64,000 bases of DNA. Source: an uncultured bacterium (GTDB lineage Bacteria > Fidelibacterota > Marinisomatia > Marinisomatales > TCS56). Below the pieces are notes generated by a model. That model saw nothing but the letters and a program-made list of their open reading frames with translations. It ran no database searches and was not told the origin of the DNA. Positions 11,001 to 18,734 of this stretch are shown here, piece by piece; the stretch's first letter is position 1, and every line of letters starts with the position of its first letter. Where the stretch lies: positions 2,469 to 66,468 of the forward strand of contig CAYPJE010000006.1 of assembly GCA_964410945.1 (NCBI GenBank). Reading direction: 5' to 3'. Both the position numbers and the translations under genes were made by a program.

Positions 11001-11062
11001 TTCACCAGATATGCTCTAGATTCAGTTACTAATTGTTTTTTGTCACTAGCTTTTTTTTTCAT
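8018..11062 (-). CDS. Hybrid sensor histidine kinase (GAF-PAS-GAF-GAF-HisKA-HATPase-REC), paralogue of 4776-7748
   Basis: Same H/N/G boxes and REC; N-terminal GAF (IGFYHFVDEDQ...RELVVPV...LGVGNK). Confidence 0.93.
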   Translation of the reverse strand: MKKKASDKKQLVTESRAYLVKFSYTHSLDELLEETLNEAEKLTDSLIGFYHFVDEDQKSLTLQNWSTRTKSKFCKAERKGKHYSIDEAGVWVDCIHQQKPVIHNDYAALSHRKGLPENHAKVIRELVVPVFRNEKIAAILGVGNKSTDYTQNDINTVSALADLVWDIVERKRSEEALQISRDYSQNLINSSLDMIIAVNNKRKITEFNRAAEETFGYSRDEIIGKHVNILYANPREGLRVHKQTVLNGRHVKEIRNRRKNGEIFPTLLSASVILDTNGNQIGVMGVSRDITEKKKKENQIVNQTALLEAINKVFLEALTCETEEELGKSCLSIAENLTKSKFGLLGEVNPAGLFDTIAISNPGWDVCEMAVNDARENLKSMPIRGIDRSTIRDGESRIVNEVEFATHPDRIGTPEGHPKLTSFLGVPLKYEGKTIGMIGLGNKKGGYEIADQEMVENLSVAIVEVLKDKRAEKEKKHYFYRVKGINEATHVLTKSLDSQFIIDRCINIAKDMFEASEVTLFTLEEEEEYLKPLASKGRYKDEIMNFRLKIGEGLTGKVVQENKAKIINRIDLTKIGKLVPGTPLEPESLMCAPLRIKNDVIGAITLSKLGEDQFLENDSGFLENLADLSAIAIQNAKLYEESKKAEELKTLFLANMSHEIRTPLNSIVGFSQLLEERVCDKIEPEEKHFFDIIRSSNERLLKTVHGVLDVSRLESMSFERNPEALNLIEILEGITPNYYFPASEKRLEIKFSFEVKNPFIKADKYCIQQAISNLLDNAIKYTDEGDVSVSLKENKDHLILKISDTGIGMSKEYQKHIFELFSQESVGYTKKYQGVGLGLALTKRYLDLNEIPIEVESKKGVGTTFTLQFKKILKPQLEVDFKETHVSESISAVKRGCILIVEDDQKPQNLFKYFLKSQYELCYAISVVGAKRQLKEHDVDLILLDLSLVGNEDGLDLARFMRQSKQWKSLPIIAVTAHAFTSDRDNVINAGCNDYMAKPIMKDQLLKKIEHYLD

Positions 11063-11875
11063 TATTTACTTCCAATAATCAGATTCTCAACAAATGAGGT
11101 CCGGGGGACATTTATCACTTTTGCTTCATCAGCCGGGTACGGTTGAAAACTACTGTTCCGAAACGTGATTGGAGAACCATACCACAGTTTCTAATAATCA
11201 TGTTAGTTACTTATTTATGTAAGGTTAATCATTGATAATGATTTCCATCAGATTTTTCGTGGATATTTCACCGGACCGCAACTACAATCATCTAACTCAA
11301 GCAGATTAATTGATAGTTATAACGAATATTTCCCAGAGCCTGCGCAACAGTATTCACCCATATATAACAGGAGTATAATCAATGACAATAATATAAACAA
11401 TACGCCTAACGCAGTATATTTAATAAAAAACCTGAGTACTTTATAATAAATCAGTCCCTCCTTACCCACCATCATAAGGTAATCTTCCAGTCTACATAGT
11501 ATTGTAATCTTCCCCAACTACAGGGCCATCAGAGTGAGAATTTTCACATTTATATTGGTACTGAAAAGGGTGGAATCACTGATGTTCACTACAGTTGTAA
11601 TTCACCATTCTTTTTTTTACAATACCATGAAAGAGTCGGTTCTATTTATACCAGAGAAATATAGTTGTGGAAATTGGAGGCCTGTAAACTGAAAATGAAT
11701 GGAATAAATGGCCATCAAAATCCCTTTCAATACCACTCTAAACTTACGGTTCTGATTCTCTGGAAATACGGTACTCAGCGTATTTCTATTATGGCCCAAC
11801 AGCGTTAGAATCAGTCTGTAAATGATATCCGTAGTGGCAAATGACACGGATTCATTGCTCCTTTAGCATATAAGC

Positions 11876-12244
11876 AAGCGGCTTGAATTCAGATCCCAAT
11901 ACCGCTGGATATCTGGTCAGGCCGCTTTACAAAATAAAAGCTGGCGGTTCGTTTTGTCGGAGGGGTGGTGTAATTGGTCCCCCTGTGTATCATCAATTTG
12001 AGAAGTAGGAACCAATTGTTCGAGGCATAACGAACCGCTGGAACTAATCGATTATTGACCAGAAGGCGGCTCGCCGGGGATGGATTGCATAGGGAACAAG
12101 TTGTGGGTATAACGAACCGCCTTGGTCAACTTCAATCATATAATTAAACTTAGTGAAAGCGGTTCACAAAATGGGTCTGTAAAATGGCTCTGGTTATTAA
12201 GGGGAGGGGAGGGATTGGAGCCAGAAAGTGTATCTGTGAACCGC
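11876..12244. repeat. Array of four imperfect hairpins sharing a GCGGYT...RCCGC closing stem
   Basis: Hairpins at 11876-11927, 11941-12041, 12055-12129 and 12159-12244, separated by short A/T-rich linkers; pairings traced by hand. Confidence 0.75.
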
Positions 12245-12354
12245 CTCCAAGTCCATTTATCGGTTTCAAAAATCAATGCAAATCAAGGGTAATAATTACG
12301 GTTTAAGTACCACAGTTTTAAATGCCATTCTGGCAGTACTGTTCCGTCATAAAA

Positions 12355-12408
12355 CCAAATGTCTCAAATAGCGCGAGAACAATGTCTCATTTATCGCGAC
12401 TACGTACA
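12355..12408 (-). mobile_element. Transposon-end-like sequence: TGT terminus plus two 23-bp repeated units
   Basis: Minus strand TGTACGTA GTCGCGATAAATGAGACATTGTT CTCGCGCTATTTGAGACATTTGG; units match 16/23. Confidence 0.5.
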
Positions 12409-12540
12409 AAATCAAACGGCTTACAGGTAAAAATATTGTGGATTGAGATAAAATCGGCCTGGATATCTCGATATAACTGAGAAATACGCGGGATTTTATA
12501 CATTTGCATGGGATTCAGTGGGATAAGATCATGCAATAAT

Positions 12541-12760
12541 GGAGCCCTGCAGGTAAACCCTGCCTGCACAACGTAGCTGCTTTCTGTACGCAGGCGTGGC
12601 ACCCAATACATGACTCGCCTTCATCGCTCGTGAGACTACGACACGATCATCCGCCTTGCGCAAAAGGTGACATCGCACCGAAGCGGATGACTGATCATTC
12701 TTTCCCGTACAAGCACGAGGTCTCCCGTCCGCCCGCCTACACAGTAGGTGCGCGGAGGTG
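12541..12760. other. GC-rich, multi-hairpin non-coding block, possibly a mobile-element end/leader remnant or ncRNA
   Basis: About 59% GC by hand count vs about 33% in 12781-12900; stems 12549-12563, 12562-12595, 12647-12690 and 12728-12756. Confidence 0.55.
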
Positions 12761-12926
12761 GATGAAAATAATTCCGGTTCATTCGCAGTGAAATCAGTGG
12801 GGATGTAAAATCAAATTGGTGCTACACGCAACTGATTCATTAATTCCAAATACAAAATATAAGGTTATCAGTCAGGTCGTGTAAAAGAGGTATATTAAAA
12901 AATATTACTCTACAAATCCACTTGAA

Positions 12927-13307
12927 TTAGTTAGGATTAACCCACTCCTTGGCTTGATCCAAAGAATTGAAAAACTGGAACTGCACAGGTAATCGCATCA
13001 AACATTCAGAAAATGCGGTTAACGGCACAGTCATGTAATTTCTGGGGGCAACTAAAGCAAATTTCATAGATGAGTTTAATCGTTTTTTATTTTGATTTAT
13101 AAAATGAATCAGTTGGAATATTTCAATAGATGATACTTTATTGATTAAATTATTTTCAATATTTATTATCATATTAACATTCTTATGAGTCCTGCCATAG
13201 TCCATAGCATATATAATTGAATTAAGAATATTCATTTTAACGACAATATCCCCACATGAATGTATAATCGTGTTGGTTTCTTCCAATATTATAGTCTTGA
13301 CTGGCAT
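12927..13307 (-). CDS. Small SpoIIAA-like protein, paralogue 4
   Basis: GGAGGG RBS before ATG 13307; KFALVAP, FFNSLDQAKEWV. Confidence 0.55.
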   Translation of the reverse strand: MPVKTIILEETNTIIHSCGDIVVKMNILNSIIYAMDYGRTHKNVNMIINIENNLINKVSSIEIFQLIHFINQNKKRLNSSMKFALVAPRNYMTVPLTAFSECLMRLPVQFQFFNSLDQAKEWVNPN

Positions 13308-13385
13308 AGTTCCCTCCATGGAAATATTAACAATCTTTTGCTATAAATCACACAACTTTATTTTAGATGCAATTAAGCGGAGTAA

Positions 13386-13435
13386 AAGCGGCCCCGCATC
13401 AGATATTGATACTTGTGGTATTAACGAACCACCTT
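13386..13435. repeat. Degenerate fifth copy of the hairpin unit
   Basis: AAGCGGC-N6-TCAGAT-N4-ATAC-N3-TGG spacing identical to the 11876 unit; right arm TAACGAACCACCTT resembles 12110-12123. Confidence 0.55.
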
Positions 13436-13465
13436 CAGGTCCATTGTACAATAAAAGTATTCCGT

Positions 13466-13510
13466 TCAAATAGCGCGAGAACAATGTCTCATTTATCGCG
13501 AGTACGTACA
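13466..13510 (-). repeat. Second copy (direct repeat) of the TGT-terminated end-like sequence
   Basis: 44/45 identical to 12364-12408. Confidence 0.9.
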
Positions 13511-13540
13511 TAAGTATTTTTAAAACCTCAACAATAATTC

Positions 13541-13570
13541 TTGACTATCAGGGGTAAAAAAAACTAGTTT
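13541..13570 (+). promoter_or_regulatory. Sigma70-type promoter of the dcw operon
   Basis: TTGACT (13541-46), 18-nt spacer, TAGTTT (13565-70), 42 nt upstream of mraZ. Confidence 0.6.
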
Positions 13571-13590
13571 GTGGGTAGTTGTGGGTAATT
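13571..13590 (+). promoter_or_regulatory. MraZ-binding dcw boxes
   Basis: GTGGG at 13571 and 13581 with 10-bp periodicity, immediately upstream of mraZ, matching the known MraZ operator architecture. Confidence 0.75.
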
Positions 13591-13612
13591 TTCCCTTTAG
13601 TTAAACGAGCGG

Positions 13613-14077
13613 ATGGCACTAAACGAAAATACATTCATCGGCGAATACGCCTATACTATCGATGCCAAAGGGCGCGTAAACGTTCCGGCTAAATTTCGGC
13701 AGGTTCTGACAGAAACCAATGCCAATACTTTCGTCGTCACCAAAGGCCTCGATCCCTGCATCTGGGTCTATCCCCAGGTGATCTGGCAGGATATTATGAC
13801 CGAGCTGCGTAACCTGTCCTCCCTTTCCGCACTGAACCGGACCTTCGTGCGCAGTACCACCCGGTACGCCACTTTTTCTACCTACGACAAACAGGGTCGT
13901 ATCCAGATTCCTCAAGCTTTAATCGACTATTCCCAGTTAGACAAAGACGTGCTGATAATTGGGATGGTCAACAAAATCGAAATCTGGAACCCCGCAAACC
14001 TGGAGCAGGTGGACCAGTCCAATCTTGAACTGGACCCCGCCGCATATGATGAACTGGCTGATAAAATTATCCTCTGA
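13613..14077 (+). CDS. mraZ: Transcriptional regulator MraZ
   Basis: FIGEYAYTIDAKGRVNVPAKFR, DKQGRIQIP, IIGMVNKIEIW. Confidence 0.96.
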   Translation: MALNENTFIGEYAYTIDAKGRVNVPAKFRQVLTETNANTFVVTKGLDPCIWVYPQVIWQDIMTELRNLSSLSALNRTFVRSTTRYATFSTYDKQGRIQIPQALIDYSQLDKDVLIIGMVNKIEIWNPANLEQVDQSNLELDPAAYDELADKIIL

Positions 14078-14973
14078 TGTCGTCAACGGATTCACAGGAC
14101 ACCAGGGCGCACATCCCGGTAATGCAAACGGAAGTGCTGGACTGGCTGTCAATCCAATCCGACGGAATATATTTCGACGGGACCATTGGTCTCGGAGGGC
14201 ACGCCACTGCCATCCTTGCCCGGCTTTCTGCCGACGGCAAGTTGATCGGGTCTGACCTGGATGAGGAGGCGCTCGCAATTGCAAAATCCAGCTTGCGCGC
14301 CTCCTTACCACCCGTATCCCTGCACCACGCTTCCTACGCCTCCCTGCCAGCCATTCTTGCCAAAGATGGAATCAACCAGGTGAACGGCATCCTTCTGGAT
14401 CTGGGCCTCTCTTCCCTGCAACTGGATTCACCACAACGCGGTTTCTCGTATCGCTCGGAAGGACCGCTGGATATGCGCTTCGATACCAGCCGCGGAATCC
14501 CTGCTTCAGAACTTATCCACAACACCAGTGACACTGATCTGGCGAACCTTATATATAAATATGGAGAAGAACGGCGCTCCCGCTCGATCGCCCGCTCCAT
14601 TAAACAAACCTCAGCAATGGAAACCATTGCCGATCTCACCGAAGCCATCCGCCGGTCCACCCCGCCCAACCAGCGCCAGCGTTCACTGGCCCGGGTTTTC
14701 CAGGCCTTGCGCATCGCTGTGAATGACGAACTGGATCAGCTGGAATCCTTCCTGGAAAAGTTCAAGGATTATCTCACCATCGGCGGCCGGATCGTCATCC
14801 TCAGTTACCATTCGCTGGAAGACCGGCTAGTAAAACATACTTTCAAAGCCCTGGCCCAATCTGGAGTACTAAAAATTCTTACCAAACGACCCCTCCGCCC
14901 CGGTGAAGAGGAAATTATCGTCAACCGCCGGGCCAAGCCGGCCAAGCTGCGAGCCGCCGAGAGAATTGCCTGA
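14077..14973 (+). CDS. rsmH: 16S rRNA m4C1402 methyltransferase
   Basis: HIPVM, DGTIGLGGHA, DLGLSSLQLD, RGFS, FQALRIAVNDEL, SYHSLEDR. Confidence 0.97.
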   Translation: MSSTDSQDTRAHIPVMQTEVLDWLSIQSDGIYFDGTIGLGGHATAILARLSADGKLIGSDLDEEALAIAKSSLRASLPPVSLHHASYASLPAILAKDGINQVNGILLDLGLSSLQLDSPQRGFSYRSEGPLDMRFDTSRGIPASELIHNTSDTDLANLIYKYGEERRSRSIARSIKQTSAMETIADLTEAIRRSTPPNQRQRSLARVFQALRIAVNDELDQLESFLEKFKDYLTIGGRIVILSYHSLEDRLVKHTFKALAQSGVLKILTKRPLRPGEEEIIVNRRAKPAKLRAAERIA

Positions 14974-15305
14974 TGATCACCAAGCGCCGATCATCCAAAA
15001 AGAAGAAGGAGTTCATCCAGACGGTGACTTTTTTCTTTATCTCGATTTTTTCGATTACCGGTCTCCTGGTCTATCTCTGGGTGTATAACGAAATTAATCT
15101 GACAATCCGTGATGTGGCCGCTTTGGAAAAAGTCGCCGCCGGGCTGGAAAATGACAATAAAATTCTGACTAACACCGTATCACGCCTGGAACGGATCGAC
15201 CGCATTACCCAGATCGCCCGTGATGAGTTAGGGATGGTTGCGGCCGCCCCGGAAACAATCGTGGTTTACGTGGATTATGACAAGCTGGAGGAATGGCGTG
15301 ACTAA
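14973..15305 (+). CDS. ftsL: Cell division protein FtsL-like
   Basis: Basic N-terminus, one TM helix, leucine coiled coil, LERIDRITQIARDELGM; lies between rsmH and ftsI. Confidence 0.8.
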   Translation: MITKRRSSKKKKEFIQTVTFFFISIFSITGLLVYLWVYNEINLTIRDVAALEKVAAGLENDNKILTNTVSRLERIDRITQIARDELGMVAAAPETIVVYVDYDKLEEWRD

Positions 15306-17280
15306 GGCCTTCCTGAAATACCGCTCCCGGATAACCGTGCTGTCATCAGTGATCCTGATCGGCTGGGCGGTTTTGGCCGGCCGCCTGTTCCAGATCCAGG
15401 TTGTCGAAGGCAATGCCTACCGCAGCCGCGGAATCAGGCAGGCCCAGGTCCGGGAGACAATACCGCCGGTGCGGGGAACGGTTTTCGATCGCAACCAGCT
15501 GGCCCTCACCGCCAATATGATCCATTATTCGATTGGCGTACATCCGAAAAACCTGACCGAACCGGATAAAGTGGCTGAAGCCGTAAGTCAAATCACCGGC
15601 CAGCCGGTCCAGACTTATTTAAATCGGATCAATTCCGATAAAGCATTTGTTTACCTTGAGCGCAACCTTGATAATCCGAGTTGCGAAGAGTTGATTACCC
15701 GTCAATTCCCCGGTGTCACAATTGACAAGACCGTCAGCCGCAATTATCCCCATGAGAATGTGGCCGGGCAAATCCTGGGTTTCATTAACGTGGATGGACA
15801 GGGCATTGCCGGCCTGGAATTGAAATATGATCAACATTTAAAAGGTAATCCCGGATGGATGGTTAAGCAGGCCAATGGCCTGGGGAAAACTCAGCGGAAT
15901 ATGAGTTACCCGGTTCAAGAGCCGGAAGACGGCGCAGATATCCATCTGACGATTGATCTGGAATACCAGACCCTGCTCCAGGAGGAATTATACCGGCGCC
16001 TGAAGACCACCGAATCCACCATTGCCACCGGTATCCTGATGAACCCGCAGGACGGCTCAATCCTAGCCATGGCTTCAGTACCGGATTTCAATCCGGGTGC
16101 ACCTGGCCATGCCCCGGCTGAACACCAGAAAAATCGCGTAATCACCGATCAGTTCGAACCTGGATCAACTTATAAGATCGTATGTGCCACTGCCGCCCTG
16201 GATCAGAATATTGTGAGCGTCGAGCGGGAGTTTAATTGTGAAGGTGGTGAATATGCCTTCGCAGGGAAGATAATCAAGGACTGGGAAAGCTTTGGCCTGT
16301 TGAATTTCTCCCAGATAATGGAGCAATCAAGTAATGTAGGCGTAATTAAAATTGCTGAAGAGGTGGGCCAGAAAAACCTGTTCCGTTACTCCCGCGATTA
16401 CGGGTTCGGTGCACAGACCAATATCAATCTTGTAGGCGAAACCTCTGGTATATTGCGGGCCCCGGACCGCTGGTCGGAAATTTCCCTGGCTGAAGTTTCC
16501 ATTGGATATGAAGTAGGCGTAACTGCCCTGCAACTGGCCACGGCCTATTGCGCAATCGCCAACGGCGGAATTCTGATGAAACCGCGCATAATCGACCGGA
16601 TCGTCTCTTCTGATGGCTCCACTATCTATCGTGACGCACCTGAAGTGGTGCGTAAAGTAGCCTCACGCGAGGTCATGGCTCAACTAACCGATATGCTGGT
16701 ACAGGCTGTGGAAAACGGCACCGGTGTCAAGGCGCATATTCCCGGCTGGACAATTGCCGGGAAAACCGGTACAGCCCAGAAATACATGGCTGGCGGCTAC
16801 TCAAACAGCAAGTACATTTCCAATTTTGCAGGCTTCTTCCCGGCTGATAATCCACAGATTGTTGGTGTATTCGTTCTTGATGAACCGAAGGTCGGTTATC
16901 ACTGGGGCGGCTACGGTGCGGCACCATTATTCAAGAATGTTGTTCAGCGTATCATTAACCTGGACGACAATCTGCTGCTGACCCAGAAACAAAAAGCCAA
17001 ACCCCGGCACACCAAACAAAAAATTGTCACCGAGCCAGCACCGGATAAACAGAATTATGTCAGCCTGTCAACCGTAGCACTGACCGAACCACCCTCGGGG
17101 ATGGATGGAATCTGCACTATCCCGGATATCCGTGGAATGAGCCTGAAAAAAGCCCTTCAGGTAATCAGCGGCGCTGGTCTGAAACCAAAATTTCAAGGCT
17201 CAGGCACTGTTGCCTGGCAAAGCCCCAAGCCGGGGACGATTGTTAAACCCAACAGCGTATGCATAATCGGTTTACGATGA
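15298..17280 (+). CDS. ftsI: Class B PBP FtsI with C-terminal PASTA domain
   Basis: GTG start after GGAGG; EPGSTYK (SxxK), SSN, KTGTAQ; [13 protein letters not shown]. Confidence 0.95.
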   Translation: MTKAFLKYRSRITVLSSVILIGWAVLAGRLFQIQVVEGNAYRSRGIRQAQVRETIPPVRGTVFDRNQLALTANMIHYSIGVHPKNLTEPDKVAEAVSQITGQPVQTYLNRINSDKAFVYLERNLDNPSCEELITRQFPGVTIDKTVSRNYPHENVAGQILGFINVDGQGIAGLELKYDQHLKGNPGWMVKQANGLGKTQRNMSYPVQEPEDGADIHLTIDLEYQTLLQEELYRRLKTTESTIATGILMNPQDGSILAMASVPDFNPGAPGHAPAEHQKNRVITDQFEPGSTYKIVCATAALDQNIVSVEREFNCEGGEYAFAGKIIKDWESFGLLNFSQIMEQSSNVGVIKIAEEVGQKNLFRYSRDYGFGAQTNINLVGETSGILRAPDRWSEISLAEVSIGYEVGVTALQLATAYCAIANGGILMKPRIIDRIVSSDGSTIYRDAPEVVRKVASREVMAQLTDMLVQAVENGTGVKAHIPGWTIAGKTGTAQKYMAGGYSNSKYISNFAGFFPADNPQIVGVFVLDEPKVGYHWGGYGAAPLFKNVVQRIINLDDNLLLTQKQKAKPRHTKQKIVTEPAPDKQNYVSLSTVALTEPPSGMDGICTIPDIRGMSLKKALQVISGAGLKPKFQGSGTVAWQSPKPGTIVKPNSVCIIGLR

Positions 17281-18734
17281 AAAGATACATCCACACCCTG
17301 GCCACCGGATTGGTATCGGGACTGGAATCAGTACCACAGATTCCCGTTTACGGAATCACCTCCGATTCCCGGACAGTAGAGCACGGCTACCTGTTTATTG
17401 CAATCCCCGGCCATGACCTCGATGGGCATGATTTCATCGACCAGGCCATCGCTAACGGCGCTGCTGCCGTGATGACTGACGGACGTGATATGCCTGAGCT
17501 GAAGGTTCCCCGCATTCGGGTGAATGATCCCCGGCGTGCTGCGTCACTGGTAACTGCCGATTTCTACGGGCATCCATCGCGCCAATTGACGGTAGTGGGA
17601 ATTACCGGCACCAACGGCAAAACAACTACCTCTTTCCTGATTCAATCAATCCTGGAGGAAGCGGGAATAAAATCGGCCCTGCTGGGAACATTGGGGGTCT
17701 TTGCCGGAGAATACTCTCAAGGGAAATCTTTGACAACCCTGGACGCCCCGGCCCTGCAGAAATTATTTGCGGAAATTCTGACTGAGAACTATACCCATGC
17801 AGTAATGGAAGTATCATCCCATGCCCTGGCCCAGCAACGGGTTGCCGACGTGGATTTCAATCTGGCCGCCTTTACCAATCTGACCCAGGAGCACCTGGAC
17901 TATCACGGCTCAATGGAAAATTATTTTCAGGCCAAAGCCCATTTATTCAAGACTTTGCCAATCACAGCCACAGCTATAATCAACATCGATGACCCTTATG
18001 GAAAGCAGTTGAAGGAAAGCAGCCTGGCTCCGGCTGTGACCACCTCGATGTCGATCGACGGGGATGCTCATTATATTGATTACAAGGCGTCGCTGGAGGG
18101 CGTAAAAGGAATCATCGAAATCGGCGAACACCGCATTTTTGTACGCTCGAATCTGCTGGGTAACTTCAATCTTGAGAATATCCTGGCCGCTGTGACAACA
18201 ACCTGGGCTATGGGAATCGAGCCAGATATTATTGCCAAGGGAATCCAGCGTTGCAGCAACGTTCCCGGCCGGATGGAACGCTTCACCACTCCCAAAGGTG
18301 GAACAGTGGTAATCGATTATGCCCACACTCCGGATGCGTATACCAAAGTAATGTCTACCATACGCCGGCTGGTAGATGAAAATGCCCGGGTCTACCTGGT
18401 GTTCGGATGCGGGGGTGAACGGGATCGCAGCAAGCGCTCTGAAATGGCCGCTATCGCGGAAAAATTTTGTACCCATTGTTTCATCACGCCGGATAATCCC
18501 CGTCATGAGTCCGTCGAGGACATCAACACAGATATAATCGCCGGATTTTCCACAAAAAATTATACTGTATACGATGACCGGGGAGAAGCCCTGGCAGAAG
18601 CCCTGAATAAGCTGCGCTCCGGCGATGTTTTGCTGGTACTTGGCAAAGGCCGGGAAGAATACCAGGATGTGGCCGGTGAGAAGATTTTTTATTCCGATCT
18701 TAAAATAATCGAACGGTTCTGTCATGCGGATTGA
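17277..18734 (+). CDS. murE: UDP-MurNAc-dipeptide--meso-DAP ligase
   Basis: [35 protein letters not shown]; DNPR motif indicates meso-DAP specificity; ATGA overlap with ftsI. Confidence 0.96.
   Translation: MKRYIHTLATGLVSGLESVPQIPVYGITSDSRTVEHGYLFIAIPGHDLDGHDFIDQAIANGAAAVMTDGRDMPELKVPRIRVNDPRRAASLVTADFYGHPSRQLTVVGITGTNGKTTTSFLIQSILEEAGIKSALLGTLGVFAGEYSQGKSLTTLDAPALQKLFAEILTENYTHAVMEVSSHALAQQRVADVDFNLAAFTNLTQEHLDYHGSMENYFQAKAHLFKTLPITATAIINIDDPYGKQLKESSLAPAVTTSMSIDGDAHYIDYKASLEGVKGIIEIGEHRIFVRSNLLGNFNLENILAAVTTTWAMGIEPDIIAKGIQRCSNVPGRMERFTTPKGGTVVIDYAHTPDAYTKVMSTIRRLVDENARVYLVFGCGGERDRSKRSEMAAIAEKFCTHCFITPDNPRHESVEDINTDIIAGFSTKNYTVYDDRGEALAEALNKLRSGDVLLVLGKGREEYQDVAGEKIFYSDLKIIERFCHAD

Noticed and set aside
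11404-11410. Perfect GCCTAAC inverse core site
   Set aside because: No GTT-containing partner box within the next ~150 nt
11317-11847. Two small minus-strand ORFs (66 and 76 aa)
   Set aside because: No recognisable motifs. An AAGGAG lies upstream of 11847 and one ORF is hydrophobic, but the evidence is too weak to call either genes or pseudogenes
11876-12244. Integron attC array
   Set aside because: GCATAAC/GTATAAC resemble inverse cores, but the stems run GTT...AAC instead of AAC...GTT, no matching GTTRRRY follows at attC distance, there are no cassette ORFs between units and no intI is present
12387-12611. 74-aa ORF on the minus strand
   Set aside because: Crosses the structured block and the end repeat, has no RBS or recognisable domain, and is likely spurious
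12541-12760. Group II intron, RNase P RNA, tmRNA or 6S RNA
   Set aside because: GTGCG and GGGCTCC occur, but no domain V, GAGGAAAGUCC core or tRNA-like acceptor/TPsiC ends were found, and the fold is not one long rod
11876-13510. CRISPR array
   Set aside because: No identical 23-47-bp repeats with regular spacers; the only long exact repeat has two copies 1.1 kb apart; no cas genes
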